Assembly: GCA_010909165.1 (NCBI GenBank)
Contig: VJWM01000007.1
Span: forward strand, 310,001 to 374,000
Reading direction: 5' to 3'
Length of the DNA: 64,000 nt
DNA from: Anthoceros angustus
Lineage: Eukaryota > Plantae > Anthocerotophyta
In this document: positions 22,078 to 34,850 of the stretch, in pieces
Numbering within the stretch: the stretch's first letter is position 1
Layout of the letters: the number at the start of each line of letters is the position of its first letter
Notes under the pieces: generated by a model
What the model saw: the letters and a program-made list of their open reading frames with translations, nothing else
What the model was told of the DNA's origin: nothing
Databases searched by the model: none
Program-made: the position numbers and the translations under genes

Positions 22078-25000
22078 ATGCTGGCCAGGACGTTTCTGTC
22101 CGAGGCGGAGCGGCAAGTGGACCCTCAGCTAGGGTATCCGCGGGGATACGCCAAGCTCTGTCGAAATGCGGCCACGCAGCTGCGAGGGCTCATCACTCCC
22201 TTCACCGAAGGACCCCCGCAGCGTTTCATCCCCTACTCTCCTCAGCCTGATGAGGTTGTTGTTCACCTCTGCACAAATTGCCGCCGGTTGTAGCACATTT
22301 TGCTGTCTGTCCGTCTGTCTCACATTTTGCCTGCTCTGCAGATTGCAAGGTTGAAGGAGCTGGATACTTGGTTCCCTGTTCTGGCGGAAGAGGACCGGGA
22401 TCCTCCCAATGCCCGCAAGTATGCGGACTTCCTGTGGCGTCAACTGGACCACCTTGGGTATGCCAGCGCCTGTCCTCTTCCGTTTTTGGTTTCTTGCCTT
22501 CCGTGGTTGCAAGGGCTGCTCACAGTGTTGTGGCTCCGTCGTGTAGGAACGCTGGTTTTGATCCTGCGAAGTTCAGGGTTGATATGTATGGAAATGTGCT
22601 GTACTGGCATGCTGACGCTGGCTCTCCTTTGGCGTGGGAGATTGACCACTGGTTTCCTCACTCGAGTAGGTTTTCTGATTCCTTGAAAGGAGCTCAGCCT
22701 CCCGGGCCTCCCGGTTCTGCGTGCGCTCCCTAATCAAGTCTTTGCCTATCTTCTGCAGGAGGCGGCAAGACGGTGATGAGTAATTTACGTGTGCTACAGT
22801 GGCAAACGAACCAGCGGAAATCGAATAAGCTGGAGTTTCTGGTGCCTTGGTGGGATCTCCAGCTCGGAGTTTCTGTCAATCAATTCCTTTCAGTGTTCGC
22901 CTCGAAGAATGCTGAGTTCCGGTAGGTCACCGTGTTCCAACCTTCATGGTCCGGTCATCCAGTCTTTTCCAGTGCTTGCCGTTTGTACTCATGCCAGAGG
23001 CTGTGCGCATGGGATGCCGCTTCTTTGCAGGAAGAGGTCGCTTCTGCTCTTCTTTGCAGGCGGCGAAGAAGAAGAAACAGAAGGGAAGAGGCTTGTTGAG
23101 CCTCATTCCTGGCCTGCCCCGTTTCGAGAGCAGAAGGCGGAAATCGGCTTGGCCCCCGCGGCAGTTGTATCGGTGTCAAGGAGGGACAACGAAGATAAAA
23201 TCAGAGGAACCGCGTCTTGGGCTTCAAGGGCTGCCAGGGATTTGAGTACGGAAACCTCTGCTGTGACGGGTGAGGTCACTGACCAGTGTTCTCTCCAGTA
23301 ATTGAGTCTTCCTTTCTCTGGGTCTACCGTCAGACTGCTGACATCAAACCTGAACACGTCAGCTACAGGGACACCTGCGAGACGACGATGGAGCCTGGAA
23401 GAGGAAGAAGCTCTAAGGCGTGCGGTCCTCAAGTTCGGTCCAGGCAGCTGGAAGGAAATCAAGGAGAGCGAGCCTGCGCTGGCCAGCCGGTCGACGGTAC
23501 AGATCAAAGACAAGGTGAGCCAGGATTTGAGCCTTGAGCTGTCTTTGCTCGTTTGTTAGAAATGCTCTTGAAGGCGATCTGACTGAGTTGTCGTGCGTGA
23601 TGGATATCAGTATCGGCTGCTGAGAGGGGATTGGCACCCTGACAAAGAGAATGTCACGGCAAACGTCGATAAGGAGACTGCGGTGGTAGCAGCTATCCAA
23701 AAAGAGCAAAAGTTGAAGCAAATGAGGGAGGACGAGAAGAAAGTCAAGGAGGAGGAGCTGGCTCATTTGGAAGAGACGCTGGGAGCCATCACTCGGGAGA
23801 ATGAAGCCGAGTTTCTAGCATTGGAGGACTTGGAGCGGGTCCTGGTTACAAGCAGAGAGAAGGTGGAAAAGCAACGGCGATGGTCTGAAACCCAGTCGTC
23901 GTATCGCATATGCTTGGAGCGGATGATCCGAGACACCATGCACCAGTAAGTGGCATGGCCATGACTGAACATCCCTAGTTTGAGCTGTATGCTGAAGAGA
24001 CTGTTTTGTGTGAAACCTGTAGGAGCGTGGTGTACAAGGAGCAAGCCCGATTAAATCAGGCAGCCTGCAATGCACTTCAGGTTCGCCTTGACTGTGAGAA
24101 GCAGACCTCCGTGGCTGCTGGCACAGACCTGGTGAAGAAGTACAAGCAGAGGGAAGAGCTGTTGGCTCTGTCCTGTCCAGATCAACTGGACAATGAGCTG
24201 GCGAATGCCTTGGAAATGCAGGCAATGACCAGCTTCGCTCTCGCGGAAGAGGAAGAGGGACCTGAGCCCCCCAAGCTGACGGATTCCGAGCATCGCTGGC
24301 TTCCTCGCCTTCCTTCCGTGGCTGAAGATCGTAGCATTTCTCGTTGCGCGTCGAAGGTGGCGGGGATGTATGATAAGGGAAGCGAGTTCTCGGACAAGGT
24401 ACAAGGGTCTCTGGACACCCGCAGCAGTAGTACAAGATCCCTTCAAGCTGGAACGGAGGAAGAGCTGGTAGCAAGCTTGAGGGGCTTGAAGCTGCGCGAG
24501 GATTTCAGTGATTTGAGCAGGTCTCCAGCAGAAGGGAGTTCAGGCAAACGATCCCTGGACGAGGAGAAGGAGAAGCTGGGCAGGGCTGGAAGGGAAGGTA
24601 GCCGCCTGAAGAAGAAGAAGAAAGTGGATGACGAGGACTCTTCCGACTTCAGGTTTCACAAGGCGGCCTTGCATGAGGTGGAGAAGGGACTCCAATCGGG
24701 GAAGGACAAGAAGTTGATAAATCGTCCAGTTGGAACAGTCGACAAGGACTTGGGGAGGCGATCAACGGAATCGGGAGCGTCCTCTCTCATCAGCTGGTCA
24801 TCAGCAAGAGGAAAGCTTCATGAAGGGGACGCTGAAACTGGCAATGTGCCCGGCTCCGGCTCCGGCACTACTTACTTGAGGGCAATTGAAGGGGACAGGC
24901 TACAGAAGGTCGACAAGGTGAGCCGCGTGACCGAATGGCTTGATGCAGTGCCGACGCCCCGGCCAATTCGTGGTCAAGAAAGGTCTGAGGTTTGGGACAG

Positions 25001-25985
25001 CAACGAGCAGAGGCTTCAGGAACAAGCCAGAGTGGGAGAGCCAAAGCTGGAAGCTGATGCGGACGGAGATAGTGGGGACGCCGGCCGAGCGAGTCTGCAC
25101 CAAGAAACGGAGACTGGAGCAGGGAAGGAGGAAGACTCGGGCAGGCGGCGGACCAGTCGTCGGGATGCTCGCAGGCTGAGAAGAGGCGACGCCGTGCTTG
25201 AGCAGATTGACGCATGGCTAGAGGTGGACAGTGCACGGGGAGCGCCAAAGAGCAGTGAAGGGGAGGGCGAAGAACAGAAAAATGTAATCGTGGTTGAAAG
25301 CCCTGTCCGGCTTGAGAAGGAGGAACCTCTGCTGGACGAAATCCTTCATGACATGCTGGATGCGCATCTCAGCAACTCAGCTGACGCCGAAGAAGTCGAC
25401 GAGGACGAGAAAATACGGCAGCTGGGCAAGTCCAACTTGGACAAATGGTTGCACGTTCTCCTTCATAAGGAGGCCATCGCAGCGGAGGAGCCTTCCAACG
25501 TCGACGGTGAGGGGAATGAAGAAGTCTGCCCGGGTACCCCACAGGCGGAGGACGAATCTTTGGAGAGATTGAGGATGGACTTCAATAACGCGGTGGCCAA
25601 AGAAAGGTCAGAGCAGGAGTCCAATGGCGAAAAACCAACAGGTCTGCTGGTTGCCATGCTGAAGAAGCTGAGCTTCCGACCTCCGGTGGAAGCTAAGCAC
25701 TGGCTGCGGTCTTCCCTCTCTGTCAAACGCACAGAAGAGACCAAAGGTTTGTGCGAAGGGCAAGAGGGGACCTTTCATGGTGGAGCTGTCCTAGAGGAAT
25801 TTCCCGCAGCGACACTGGCCTCTGGTTGCGCCGGCGACGAGGATGTCTGCGGCGTCGTCGCGGGAGACCTGGGTGGCCCGTCATCCTCACTTCGAGCCTC
25901 CATTAAAGCATGCACGGTAGCATGGAAACGAGCAGTCAAGAAGATGGAGACTCGGCCCGTTTCAACGACGTGGGCACTTATGTAA
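22078..25985 (+). CDS. Conserved plant protein with an HNH-like motif, a TRF/telobox-type Myb domain, a coiled coil and a long disordered C-terminus; multi-exon
   Basis: Exons encode LGYPRGYAKLC, NAGFDPAKFRVDMYGNVLYWHADAGSPLAWEIDHWFPHS-RGGKTVMSNLRVLQWQTNQRKSNKLEFLVPWWDLQLG, a Myb exon at 23363-23514 (RRRWSLEEEEALRRAVLKFGPGSWKEIKESEPALASRSTVQIKDK) spliced to YRLL at 23611, SSYRICLERMIRDTMHQ-SVVYKEQARLNQAA, and NLDKWLHVLL. Confidence 0.88.
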
Positions 25986-26659
25986 CTGGACATCCTTCGT
26001 ATTTTCCCGCGTTTTCACCTAAGTGCATTTTTGTGACATGGCCTTGTATATATTAGATTCCCGACAGGCAGCGCACTGATAACCATCCGTCGGAGGAAAC
26101 CGTTTGCGGAATTTCTGATGGAAGTGGTGTTGGATTTTAATGAGTTTGTCCATGTGGAGTCGTGCTAAATGGAAAAGAACACAGACCTGCACATGGCTGC
26201 ACTGTTTCGCGATTACACTTTGTCACACCATCCATCGCTTTGGTTGCTCCGGAAGACTAGTGGGAGAGGTATCTACTACCAGCAGGAGGAGCACACCTAA
26301 CTAACCTTCTCTGCAGGAGCGCCTTGACTTTGTTGAGACTTCAGTCACAGCATTTGTGTGCGCCATCACTATTGTTTTGGTAACGTTAACTAAGCTACTC
26401 CCTAATATATCAACATGCCTACTAGCACATTGAAGCTTGAGAGACACTAGCCATTTTGGGGCTACCACACAACGACACTGACAATCTTTGGAGGCTAGAG
26501 TAGTGCCTCCAACTGTGCTGGCAGGCTAAAGCTAAATCATCGTCCACTAGTTTAGTTACGTGGTCACGGACTTAGGTTTCTAAGTTCTAATTTTGAATTC
26601 TAAGACCACGAAAACTTGTGCAGAAGCGTCACATTCCACTCGTGTTCAGTGCCTTCAAT

Positions 26660-29600
26660 TCATGCTTCCTTCAATCTCTTCCTAAACAAGGCTTTCGTGC
26701 ATGCAATTGCAAGTAGGGATACTGCAGTGGTACACGCGCCTGACAGCAACACCAGGTTATCGAACGCGCCACTGTCCTGCACAAATAATTGCAGACCAGT
26801 TGTTCTCCAGAAGCTCTCCGTCCATACTGGGTCCACAGCACCCATAACATCCTCAGCCGCTGCTGGGACCAACTCCCAACCTCCATCTCCATAGTGCAAT
26901 CGAGGGGAATAGGCTGGAACATATCTGCAATAAGAATACGCACAGTTAGCTGTGTCACTCAAGGACAAATAAGCGAGAGGTCTGCGTGGATGTTTACCTT
27001 GTACTTGAAGGGAGACAAACCCCTTTGCCTTCTGCAGTTGAGCCAACACAGATTTCTCCATATCCGCTGCATGTCGCTGAACATTCTGCAGGCTGCTGCC
27101 CTGCAGCCGTCTTTTGTTCAAACTGTTCGTCCAAGTGGAAGCCGTAACTAGCGAGGAAGTTCCAGATGAATTGTGATGTATAGCTGACAGTTTCTAGGAA
27201 AGGATTTGCCGCAGGTTTCCCAAGTACGACTCCCACATAATGGCTCGCCGACCTTGGAGCGGATATTGAATATTTATTCGCCAAGTCACAAACCACCTCT
27301 TGGTCAATCTTGAGCAAACAGTTTACCAGCTCCTGAACAAGTGTCTCGTTCACATCTATTGCTGCAACATCTGAAGCTGAATCACTAGCAAGGATGTACA
27401 ATGTCCGAGCTAGTAGGCGTGCCGAGTCAGCAAGGGAAGTAACGTTCACTGCAAAAACATAAAAATCTTAGCGGCACTCCCAATGGTTCGCTTCGAAACA
27501 TATCCTTAAGCAGATCAGTTTGCTCCAACAATGAGTATCTGCTCTAACTCTAACTAAGAGTAGTCCTAGTATAGTAATAGACTTCTTCTTACTAGAGCAT
27601 GAAGGTAAGTGAGGAAATGTACCATGAGTATCAAAATGGCTATGGAATGCTGGATTCACAAAGACAGTATCAAATTCTTCCAGTAATACACCTGCAAAGG
27701 TCTCATTCTGCAGCGAATTGTAAACTTTAAGATTCACTCTGTGAAAAGTTGTGATAGTACAAAGAAGTACGGTAAGGTTTGACCTTGTGTAAGAAGTAGC
27801 TTAATGAGGAAGGTGGGAGGCCTGGATTTGATCTGCTTGCGTTTTTAACCTCAATACTTGAACCTGGCACGCCAGCAGAGACTTGCAAAGCATCGAGGAT
27901 TGCAATTACTGCCGCTGACTCCCCACCCTAATCACGAGATACCCAGGGATCAGAGGTTTAGGAAAAAAACAGGAACACAGATCATGTTGGTCAGCACCTG
28001 AAGAAACGAAACCTTTCTTATTCCATTCAGACCTGGCCAGGTTGCTTATGGGCATAGAGAGTAGTCGAGCGAACGTCAGAGGCCCGTCCAACAGAGCCAA
28101 TCTCAAGAATCTGATAAAACATCCATCAAGGAAAAGTACACAGAATTCAAAATTATGCTGGTCATTCAGAAAGTCAGTTTTACAATTGACCTGAACACTT
28201 TTCACGTTCTGAGTATGAGCTCACCTGGTGAATGCGAGAAGAATCAAGGCCAGCCAATGGAGGTGCATTGGCTGCCAACGATGCAAAAAATTGGCGACTC
28301 CCAATGTATCCCCATGGTTCTCCTGCTAGAAAGAGGAAAACCACCTGCAGAGAGGACATAAGAAAACTTTTGCGTATCTGTTTGATGCAAAAGAAAGTGT
28401 CTGCAGCGTAACAGACAACTCGTTCTACAAACCTTGTGGCTAAGCCTCACCTGCATTTTCCACAGTTGGGCAGAACCCCCCCTCCCTAAAGCATCCGCTG
28501 CAGCTAGCAGTGCAATCATGCCCTGCGGATACCATGTTTGCCAATGCATTAATGATGACGGCAAATGTGCTGCGCTAAATGAAAGCTGATCCTTGACCTG
28601 TAAAGGACAGACCTATAGCTTGCCAGATAGAGATCTGACCAAGATCAGGTTAACGCACTAGTCACCAAGTTTCACAGCTCTCCGGGTAAAGGGCTGAAGC
28701 ATTCAAGAACGCCTCCAGTTGAGACTCACAGAGAGTGGCGAGTCAGCGCCTGGTGTTAGATCCCTGAACAAGGACATGGAATCCATCGATGCCATAGCAA
28801 GGACAATAGGCTTTCCGGAAGCTGCTGATGAGTTAATAGGTGGGAGCGCCGACAACACACTGCATGCGAACCAACAGAGGGCCTCCACAGTTAGGAACAG
28901 ACGGGACTCCCGAACTATGCAGACAAGAAAAAGCCTGTCTTCCAGGGTGTTTGAGTGCGCATAGATATTCGACTGACCTGTAACCCCCCAAAGGCAAACA
29001 CGATCTCTCTTCGAGACATGATTTTGATGTTCTTGTCCCTGACTTAGTTGTCTGCAAAGGATTCACACGTCAGGATTTGCCACCACGACACGGCCCTGTC
29101 CACCAGGCGCCTGGGGCACCTTGCGTGAATTAGCAGGCACGAGGAAACATGCTGACCTGCATAACCAAGTCGAATTCCGCAACATGCACCGGATACTGCA
29201 GATTGCTCTCCCGGTTCTTAGACGCTACCTGTTTTCCAAGCATGTTCAGTAAGTACCATGATACACAGGAAGCAATTGCATCCACCAAGTGGTCGGGTAA
29301 TACCTCGCGAGCGGAAACGGTACTCTGAGGCGAGAGCTGGAAAATGGGAAAGTTGAAAGCGCTGTGCACAAGACCGGATCCCTGAACAGACATGAAAGCT
29401 GGATCAGAAGACTGCACTTGGAACGACCGAGAGCGAGGAAATCGGTGTTACCGTAGGATTCCAAACGTAGCCATCGCCGTAGCCCGAGAAGGGAGCTTGT
29501 GGGAAAGTTGAATCGGCAGAAAAAATTGCTGCAATTCCAGAGCACAATGAGCCCTCATCACCCTGTTCCCAACACACAAGTCCCAAAATCACAAGCAGAA

Positions 29601-30152
29601 GGAATAGAAGGAATACCAGATGTGTCGTTGCCATCCTCAAACTCCACCAGAATTCCAGCCACCAGTGGTGCAAATTGGTGCACACCCCTGTACCAGGCAG
29701 CAGAACTCAGTACCCCACAGACCTGGAGCTCGTGCTGCCAGCAAAAGGCCCAGTACAACATACACCTTGATAGAAATTCCCGCAGCTGAGACGATGGCAA
29801 CAGGACGGAGACAGGCTCCGGCAGCGAGGTGCTGAGGTCCGCGAAGTGCCAGATAGGAGCTCTCACTTTGAGCCTCCCAGGATCTGCACCCGCGACCCCA
29901 AATGAGCAATTGTGCACGCACACGAGAATGGGGACAGCACAGCAGGAGAGGATGCAGAGACCGGAGCTTACTGGCGCAACCGACCTCTCCCGTGAGATTG
30001 AGCAGCCTGACGCACGGGGTGGCGTCCAGGACTCGGTACATGGCGGCGTCGAGCTCGGGCACGGAGCGCAGCGGGGCGCAGAATGCGAGGCCAGGGAAGG
30101 TGGCGGGAAGCAGCAGCCAGAGGAGCAGGTGGAAGACGACAGAGGCGGCCAT
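26660..30152 (-). CDS. NCT: Nicastrin (gamma-secretase subunit), multi-exon
   Basis: Signal peptide MAASVVFHLLLWLLLPATFPGLAFC followed by YRVLDATPCVRLLNLTGEVGCA. Internal ASMDSMSLFRDLTPGADSPLS (peptidase-like domain). C-terminal DPVWTESFW motif and a single TM segment ending RKRLKEA*. Confidence 0.93.
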
Positions 30153-30158
30153 GGCGAG

Positions 30159-30204
30159 CGAGCCGGAGATGGCGGGCGAGCCGGAGATGGCGGGCGAGCC
30201 GGAG
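30159..30204. repeat. 18-bp tandem repeat (~2.5 copies) just upstream of the nicastrin ATG, inside the 225-bp divergent nicastrin/Prx spacer
   Basis: cgagccggagatggcggg begins at 30159, 30177 and 30195 (partial). Confidence 0.8.
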
Positions 30205-30377
30205 CAAAGGGTCGACCGTGTCGGCCCCGGCTTCGTTGGCATGCCTAGCCCGTTCTCGACGAGGAAGAAGGGGAAACACTAGGTCTGGTGCCTGCTAGAC
30301 TCGGGTTATCACAACCCTTGTCCATCGCGGGATCAGAAGAAGGGCAGCATCAAGAAGCAAGAGTCTCAGCAGCAGCT

Positions 30378-31142
30378 ATGGCTTCCACCGCCAGCAACAT
30401 GGCATCCACCTTCTCCGCTTGCAGCCGGTCTCTCGCTCTGTGGTCCGCCCCCCGGCCGCGGTCGGGCGTGGCGCCGGGGAGGTGGAATCCGCAGCCGCAG
30501 ATCGGGCAGCATCTGCAGGCTCAGGTGCAAGGGTTGGTGGGAGTGCGGAGCGTGGCGGCGCCGCTCAAGGGGCTGAAGGCGCTGGCGCCTTTGGTCCGGT
30601 GCATGGCCACGGCGGCGGGGGCGAGCGTGCCGGCCACAGCCGCGCCGTCCAGGAGCATCTCGGTCGGGGAAAAGCTCCCCGAGGCGGAGCTCTCCTACTT
30701 CGATCAGGAAGGGAACATCCAGGTGGTGAAGGTGTCGGAGCTGACCAAGGGGAAGAAGGTGGTGCTTTTCGCGGTGCCCGGGGCCTTCACCCCGACCTGC
30801 TCGCAGAAGCACTTGCCAGGCTTCTTGGAGAAGGCGGACGAGCTGCGGGCCAAGGGCGTGGACACCATAGCCTGCGTGTCTGTGAACGACACCTTCGTGC
30901 TTCGCGCCTGGGGCGAGAGCGTGGGCGTGGGGGACAAGGTGCTGCTACTTTCCGACGGCAACGCTGTTTTCACCAAGGCGCTGGGAGTTTCGGTGGATCT
31001 GAGCGACAAGCCGGCCCTCCTAGGGATCCGATCCCGCCGCTACGCCCTGCTTGCCGACGACGGCGTGGTGAAGGTGCTGAATCTGGAGGAGGGCGGCGCC
31101 TTCACCATCAGCGGGGCAGAGGAAATTCTGAAGGCTCTGTGA
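30378..31142 (+). CDS. PRXIIE: Type II peroxiredoxin, plastid-targeted (PrxIIE-like), intronless
   Basis: Ser/Ala/Arg-rich transit peptide from ATG 30378. Motifs [25 protein letters not shown] (peroxidatic Cys), [11 protein letters not shown] and RSRRYAL...[10 protein letters not shown]. Confidence 0.95.
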   Translation: MASTASNMASTFSACSRSLALWSAPRPRSGVAPGRWNPQPQIGQHLQAQVQGLVGVRSVAAPLKGLKALAPLVRCMATAAGASVPATAAPSRSISVGEKLPEAELSYFDQEGNIQVVKVSELTKGKKVVLFAVPGAFTPTCSQKHLPGFLEKADELRAKGVDTIACVSVNDTFVLRAWGESVGVGDKVLLLSDGNAVFTKALGVSVDLSDKPALLGIRSRRYALLADDGVVKVLNLEEGGAFTISGAEEILKAL

Positions 31143-31433
31143 GAAAGCGGATGAAATGTAACTGGAAGTCAGTGTACTCGGCGTGACATTTTGTAACTCA
31201 GTACTCCTTTCTTTTCGCATGTTCGCACGAGAGTGTTCAGGGAAAGTGAACTTCAGCCTGTGCGCGGCTCCACCACGACGTGAAATGAAGGTGGTGGAGC
31301 TTCGTGCCCCGACATGGCCGCATGACGCGTGCAAGTGACTATGATGTGTGTAAGGAGGTATTACATACGGAGGGAGGGATTCGAGGGAGGCAACATTTGT
31401 TTCCTTCCGTTCGCATCCATACATACGCACGTA

Positions 31434-33797
31434 CTATGTCGGGACAATGGTCCCAACGTATCCAAACCCACAAATGAAGTAAGCCAGGGATTGACTGTAC
31501 AAGTAGATCCAAAAGTAATTTCTTCCGAATGCTAAGTCGTATGATGCGCAGAAGAAGAGGTAAAAGGCGGTGAAGAGCTCCAGCGCGTGAAGCCTGCGCA
31601 GTCGAACACGCGTCCCGACAAGAAGAAGACAGAAAATCAGAGTGGGGCCTTGCTGCAACTGTCAATAGAATGGAATAGACGAAGGGGAATGCCACCGTGG
31701 GTGTTCGCCACTGCCGGGTAAAAGAAGGAAGAGAGAATGGTTGATTTCTGGATAGCTCCTCACCTTTCCCCAAACTTCATTCGCCTCCTGCCCAATTTGA
31801 GAGCAGAAGACTTGAGTTTCATCACGTCGCCCAGCTTCTCGGTGACAATCCACTCGTTGACACGCCCGAGGTCGAAGAGGCCAATAATGGTGGCTTTGCT
31901 TCTGTGCAGCGACATGACATTCTCGAACAGGATCCAGAACACTAGCAGATGAAGGGACCTGTGGAGGTAGATCACACCAGGGTGAGGAAGATATTCCAGG
32001 GCACAATCAGGTGTGTGAAGGGTGAAGCAGTGTGAGTATACCTGAAGGTGACCACCGCATTCAGAAATGTTATGACGGAAGGCGCATAAATTGCTCCCCA
32101 GACAGGTAGGCGCACTTCGGGGACAAGGACGGTGGCAGGAATGACGAGGGAGTAGAAGAAGTAGGTGACGAGATGCGCAACCAATTTTCTCACCACGAAG
32201 AAAGAATAGATTATGTGCCATTTGGTGTAGAGGGAAACTCTCTGGCCATTGCACACAACACAACAAACACTCTCTGGTGAGCAAGTGGAACACAAGCTTT
32301 GCGTTTCCTTGGCAAGCTAAGCTAAGAGAAACAGTGTAACTGACCTTGTTTTTCAAAATTTGTGGCAGAATCCTTCGGAAGAGACTGGCGGGTCCGCATG
32401 ACCACCGATGCTGCTGATAGCGGTACGCTTTGAAGGTACTTGGGAGCTCGCTTTTGACCTTGATGTCCCCTCGGAAAAGAAACTTCCAGCCTTTGAGGCT
32501 GGCACGAACTGCCAGATCCATGTCCTCCACTGTGGTGCGATCGTTCCAGCCGCCAGCCTCGTTGATGGCAGATATACGCCACACTCCCGCGGTGCCTGAC
32601 ACACGAGGGAAAGCAAGCAAGGTAAGCGTGAGAAAGCCTGGGCAGGGTCGTTGAACTGCAGTGCAGGAAAGAGGTCGGAATGAGGCATAGAATGTACCGT
32701 TGAAGCCGAAAAAGGAGTGAGAACCAGATCCCACCGGTTGCTCCACCGAGAAATGGTACCCCAGAGACATGTCTTGCATCTTCGTAAGCAAGCATTCGTT
32801 GCTGTTAACTGCAAAGCCACGTCCAACCGTGTGGTGTGCGTGAGCAAGGGCGGAGCAGAGAAGAGCAAAGTAGGCAGCAAAAGGGGCGAGGTTGGGTTGT
32901 GATTCTTGCCGAAAGCCCAGCGCGCTTGCACCAAACCCAGCTGCGGGTCCTTCCGCAAATGCGGCATTGTGAGCTGGAGGAACTCCGGTTGCGGCTGGAA
33001 GTCGGCGTCGAATATGGCCACAAACTCGCAGCTCCGCACGTACTCCTTCTTCATCCCCTCTCGGAGGGCCCCGGCCTTGTAGCCCTTTCGATTCTCGCGG
33101 GTCTCGTACTTGATGTTGATTCCCTTGCTCCTCCATCTCTGACACTCCATCTCCACCATAGCCTGCCACAATGCGCACGCCCTGCCTTCCAATCAATACT
33201 CGCTAATTCCACAAGACAGCAGGCAGCGCAGTGGAGGTGAAGGATGCAGACCTTGATCTGGGGATCCGTGGAGTCGTCCAGCACCTGGATGATGATGCGA
33301 TCCGCGGGCCATACCAGGCCGCAGGCAGCTTGGATGGACAACTGGTACACCTGAGGCGGCAAGGGCAAGAAAATGAAGCCACGGAAGAAAAGGAGAAAGG
33401 TGGCAAAGATGCTGGCACAAGGCAACGCGCCTGGACTCACCTCCTTCTCGTTGTACATTGGAATCTGGACGAGCACGGCGGGACAGTCCGACTGGCCTCC
33501 CAGCTCAATGTCCTCCTCCGCAGGCTCCGACTTAGAAGACCTGAGCCTACGGAAGAAGGCCAGGAGCTTGACGAGGAGGAGCACGACTGCCATGTACACT
33601 CTCTCCAGAAACAGCATGAACACCATGAGCAGGCAGACGTAGACCGCGGCCTGCAGCAGCGGGGCGACGACGGGCGCCCGCAGCCGCAGCCAGAGCGCGG
33701 CCAGCTGCGAGACGACATCGCCGTCCCCAGCCGCCTCGTCGCCCCAGGATCCGCGCTCCACCACGAGCTCGGGGAGGAAGGCATTGGTGAGAGACAT
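31434..33797 (-). CDS. CSLA: Cellulose synthase-like A (glucomannan 4-beta-mannosyltransferase, GT2), multi-exon
   Basis: Motifs VLVQIPMYNEKEVYQLSI, IIQVLDDSTDP, GYKAGAL, EFVAIFDADFQP, GGWNDRTTVEDMDLAVRASLKGWKF, YRYQQHRWSCGP (QxxRW) and EWIVTEKLG, ending GFGYVGTIVPT*. Confidence 0.96.
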
Positions 33798-34589
33798 GGG
33801 CGTGCAGGCCAGACACCGCGGCAGCGGCCTCCCCTCCCCTCACAACGCCACAGCAAGCCCGAGCTATGCGTCCATTGCGTCTGCTCGCTCCAGCCAGCGC
33901 CGAGGCGGGGATCTAGGGGAGGGCGAGGGGAGCAGGGGGAGGCAGCTGCTGCTGCCGATGCTGCTGATGCTGCGGCTCCCGCTGCTGGTGATCCGTGAAC
34001 CACTCTGGAAGCAGCATTGCCTGGTCGTGAAGCCGGCAGTGGGAGGAGGAGGAGGTGTAGCTGATGGCAAACAGGAAAGACAGAGAAGCAGCAGGCAGGA
34101 AAGAAGAAAGGCGATGGCGATCGCGTTGGAGGAGGAGGAGGAAGGAATTTGCGAAGGGAAGGGCTGGCCAGCCGATGCGATGGCTGTTGCTGCTGGTGGC
34201 GGCGAGTGGGGCGCTTGATGAAAGAAAGCAACTGACAGGTAGCTCCTTACCTGCCAGTGTGAGTGCCAAGGCTCGAGCTTGGCGGGAAGAAATCATTTCG
34301 CAATGGTACTGGACACATGGATATGTTAAGAGAGGCAAGTACGAGTCGAGTCTATGTACAGTTGCGTTGCCTGGGAGTCCCGGTCCCGGCCATAAAAATA
34401 AAACTGTTGTGTGTGTTGATGAGAGCATGTCGAGTGGGTTGCATCACAGGCACGCCCGGGTAGGTGCGCTCATTGGCCATTGGCCGGGAACACCGCCTCT
34501 GACGGCTCGGCTTCACCAAGCCAACAAGCGCGCCACACCACCGCCCTGGCCCACTTCCCTGTAAATTGCAGATTGCAAATTCTGCCAAA

Positions 34590-34850
34590 CCCTAAGAGTA
34601 AACTCCGCCCCTTTCCTTCCCCTCTCCTTCCCATTCCCTTCCACCTCGCCTTCCCCATCCCCATTCCCTTCCCATTCCCCATCCCCATCCCCTCCATCCC
34701 CATCCCCTCCCTCCTTCCCCTCCCCTGCTTCCCCTCTCCTGCTTCCCTCCCTTCTTCCCCTCGCCTTCTTTCCTCTCCCTTCCTCCCCTCCCTTCTTCCC
34801 TTCCCTTCTTCCCTTCCCCGTCTTCACCCTCCACTTCCCCTTTTCAGGTT
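34590..34850. repeat. ~260-bp polypyrimidine/polypurine low-complexity tract (C/T-rich on the + strand)
   Basis: Almost exclusively C/T on the + strand, with CCCCAT/CCCTT units. Confidence 0.85.
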
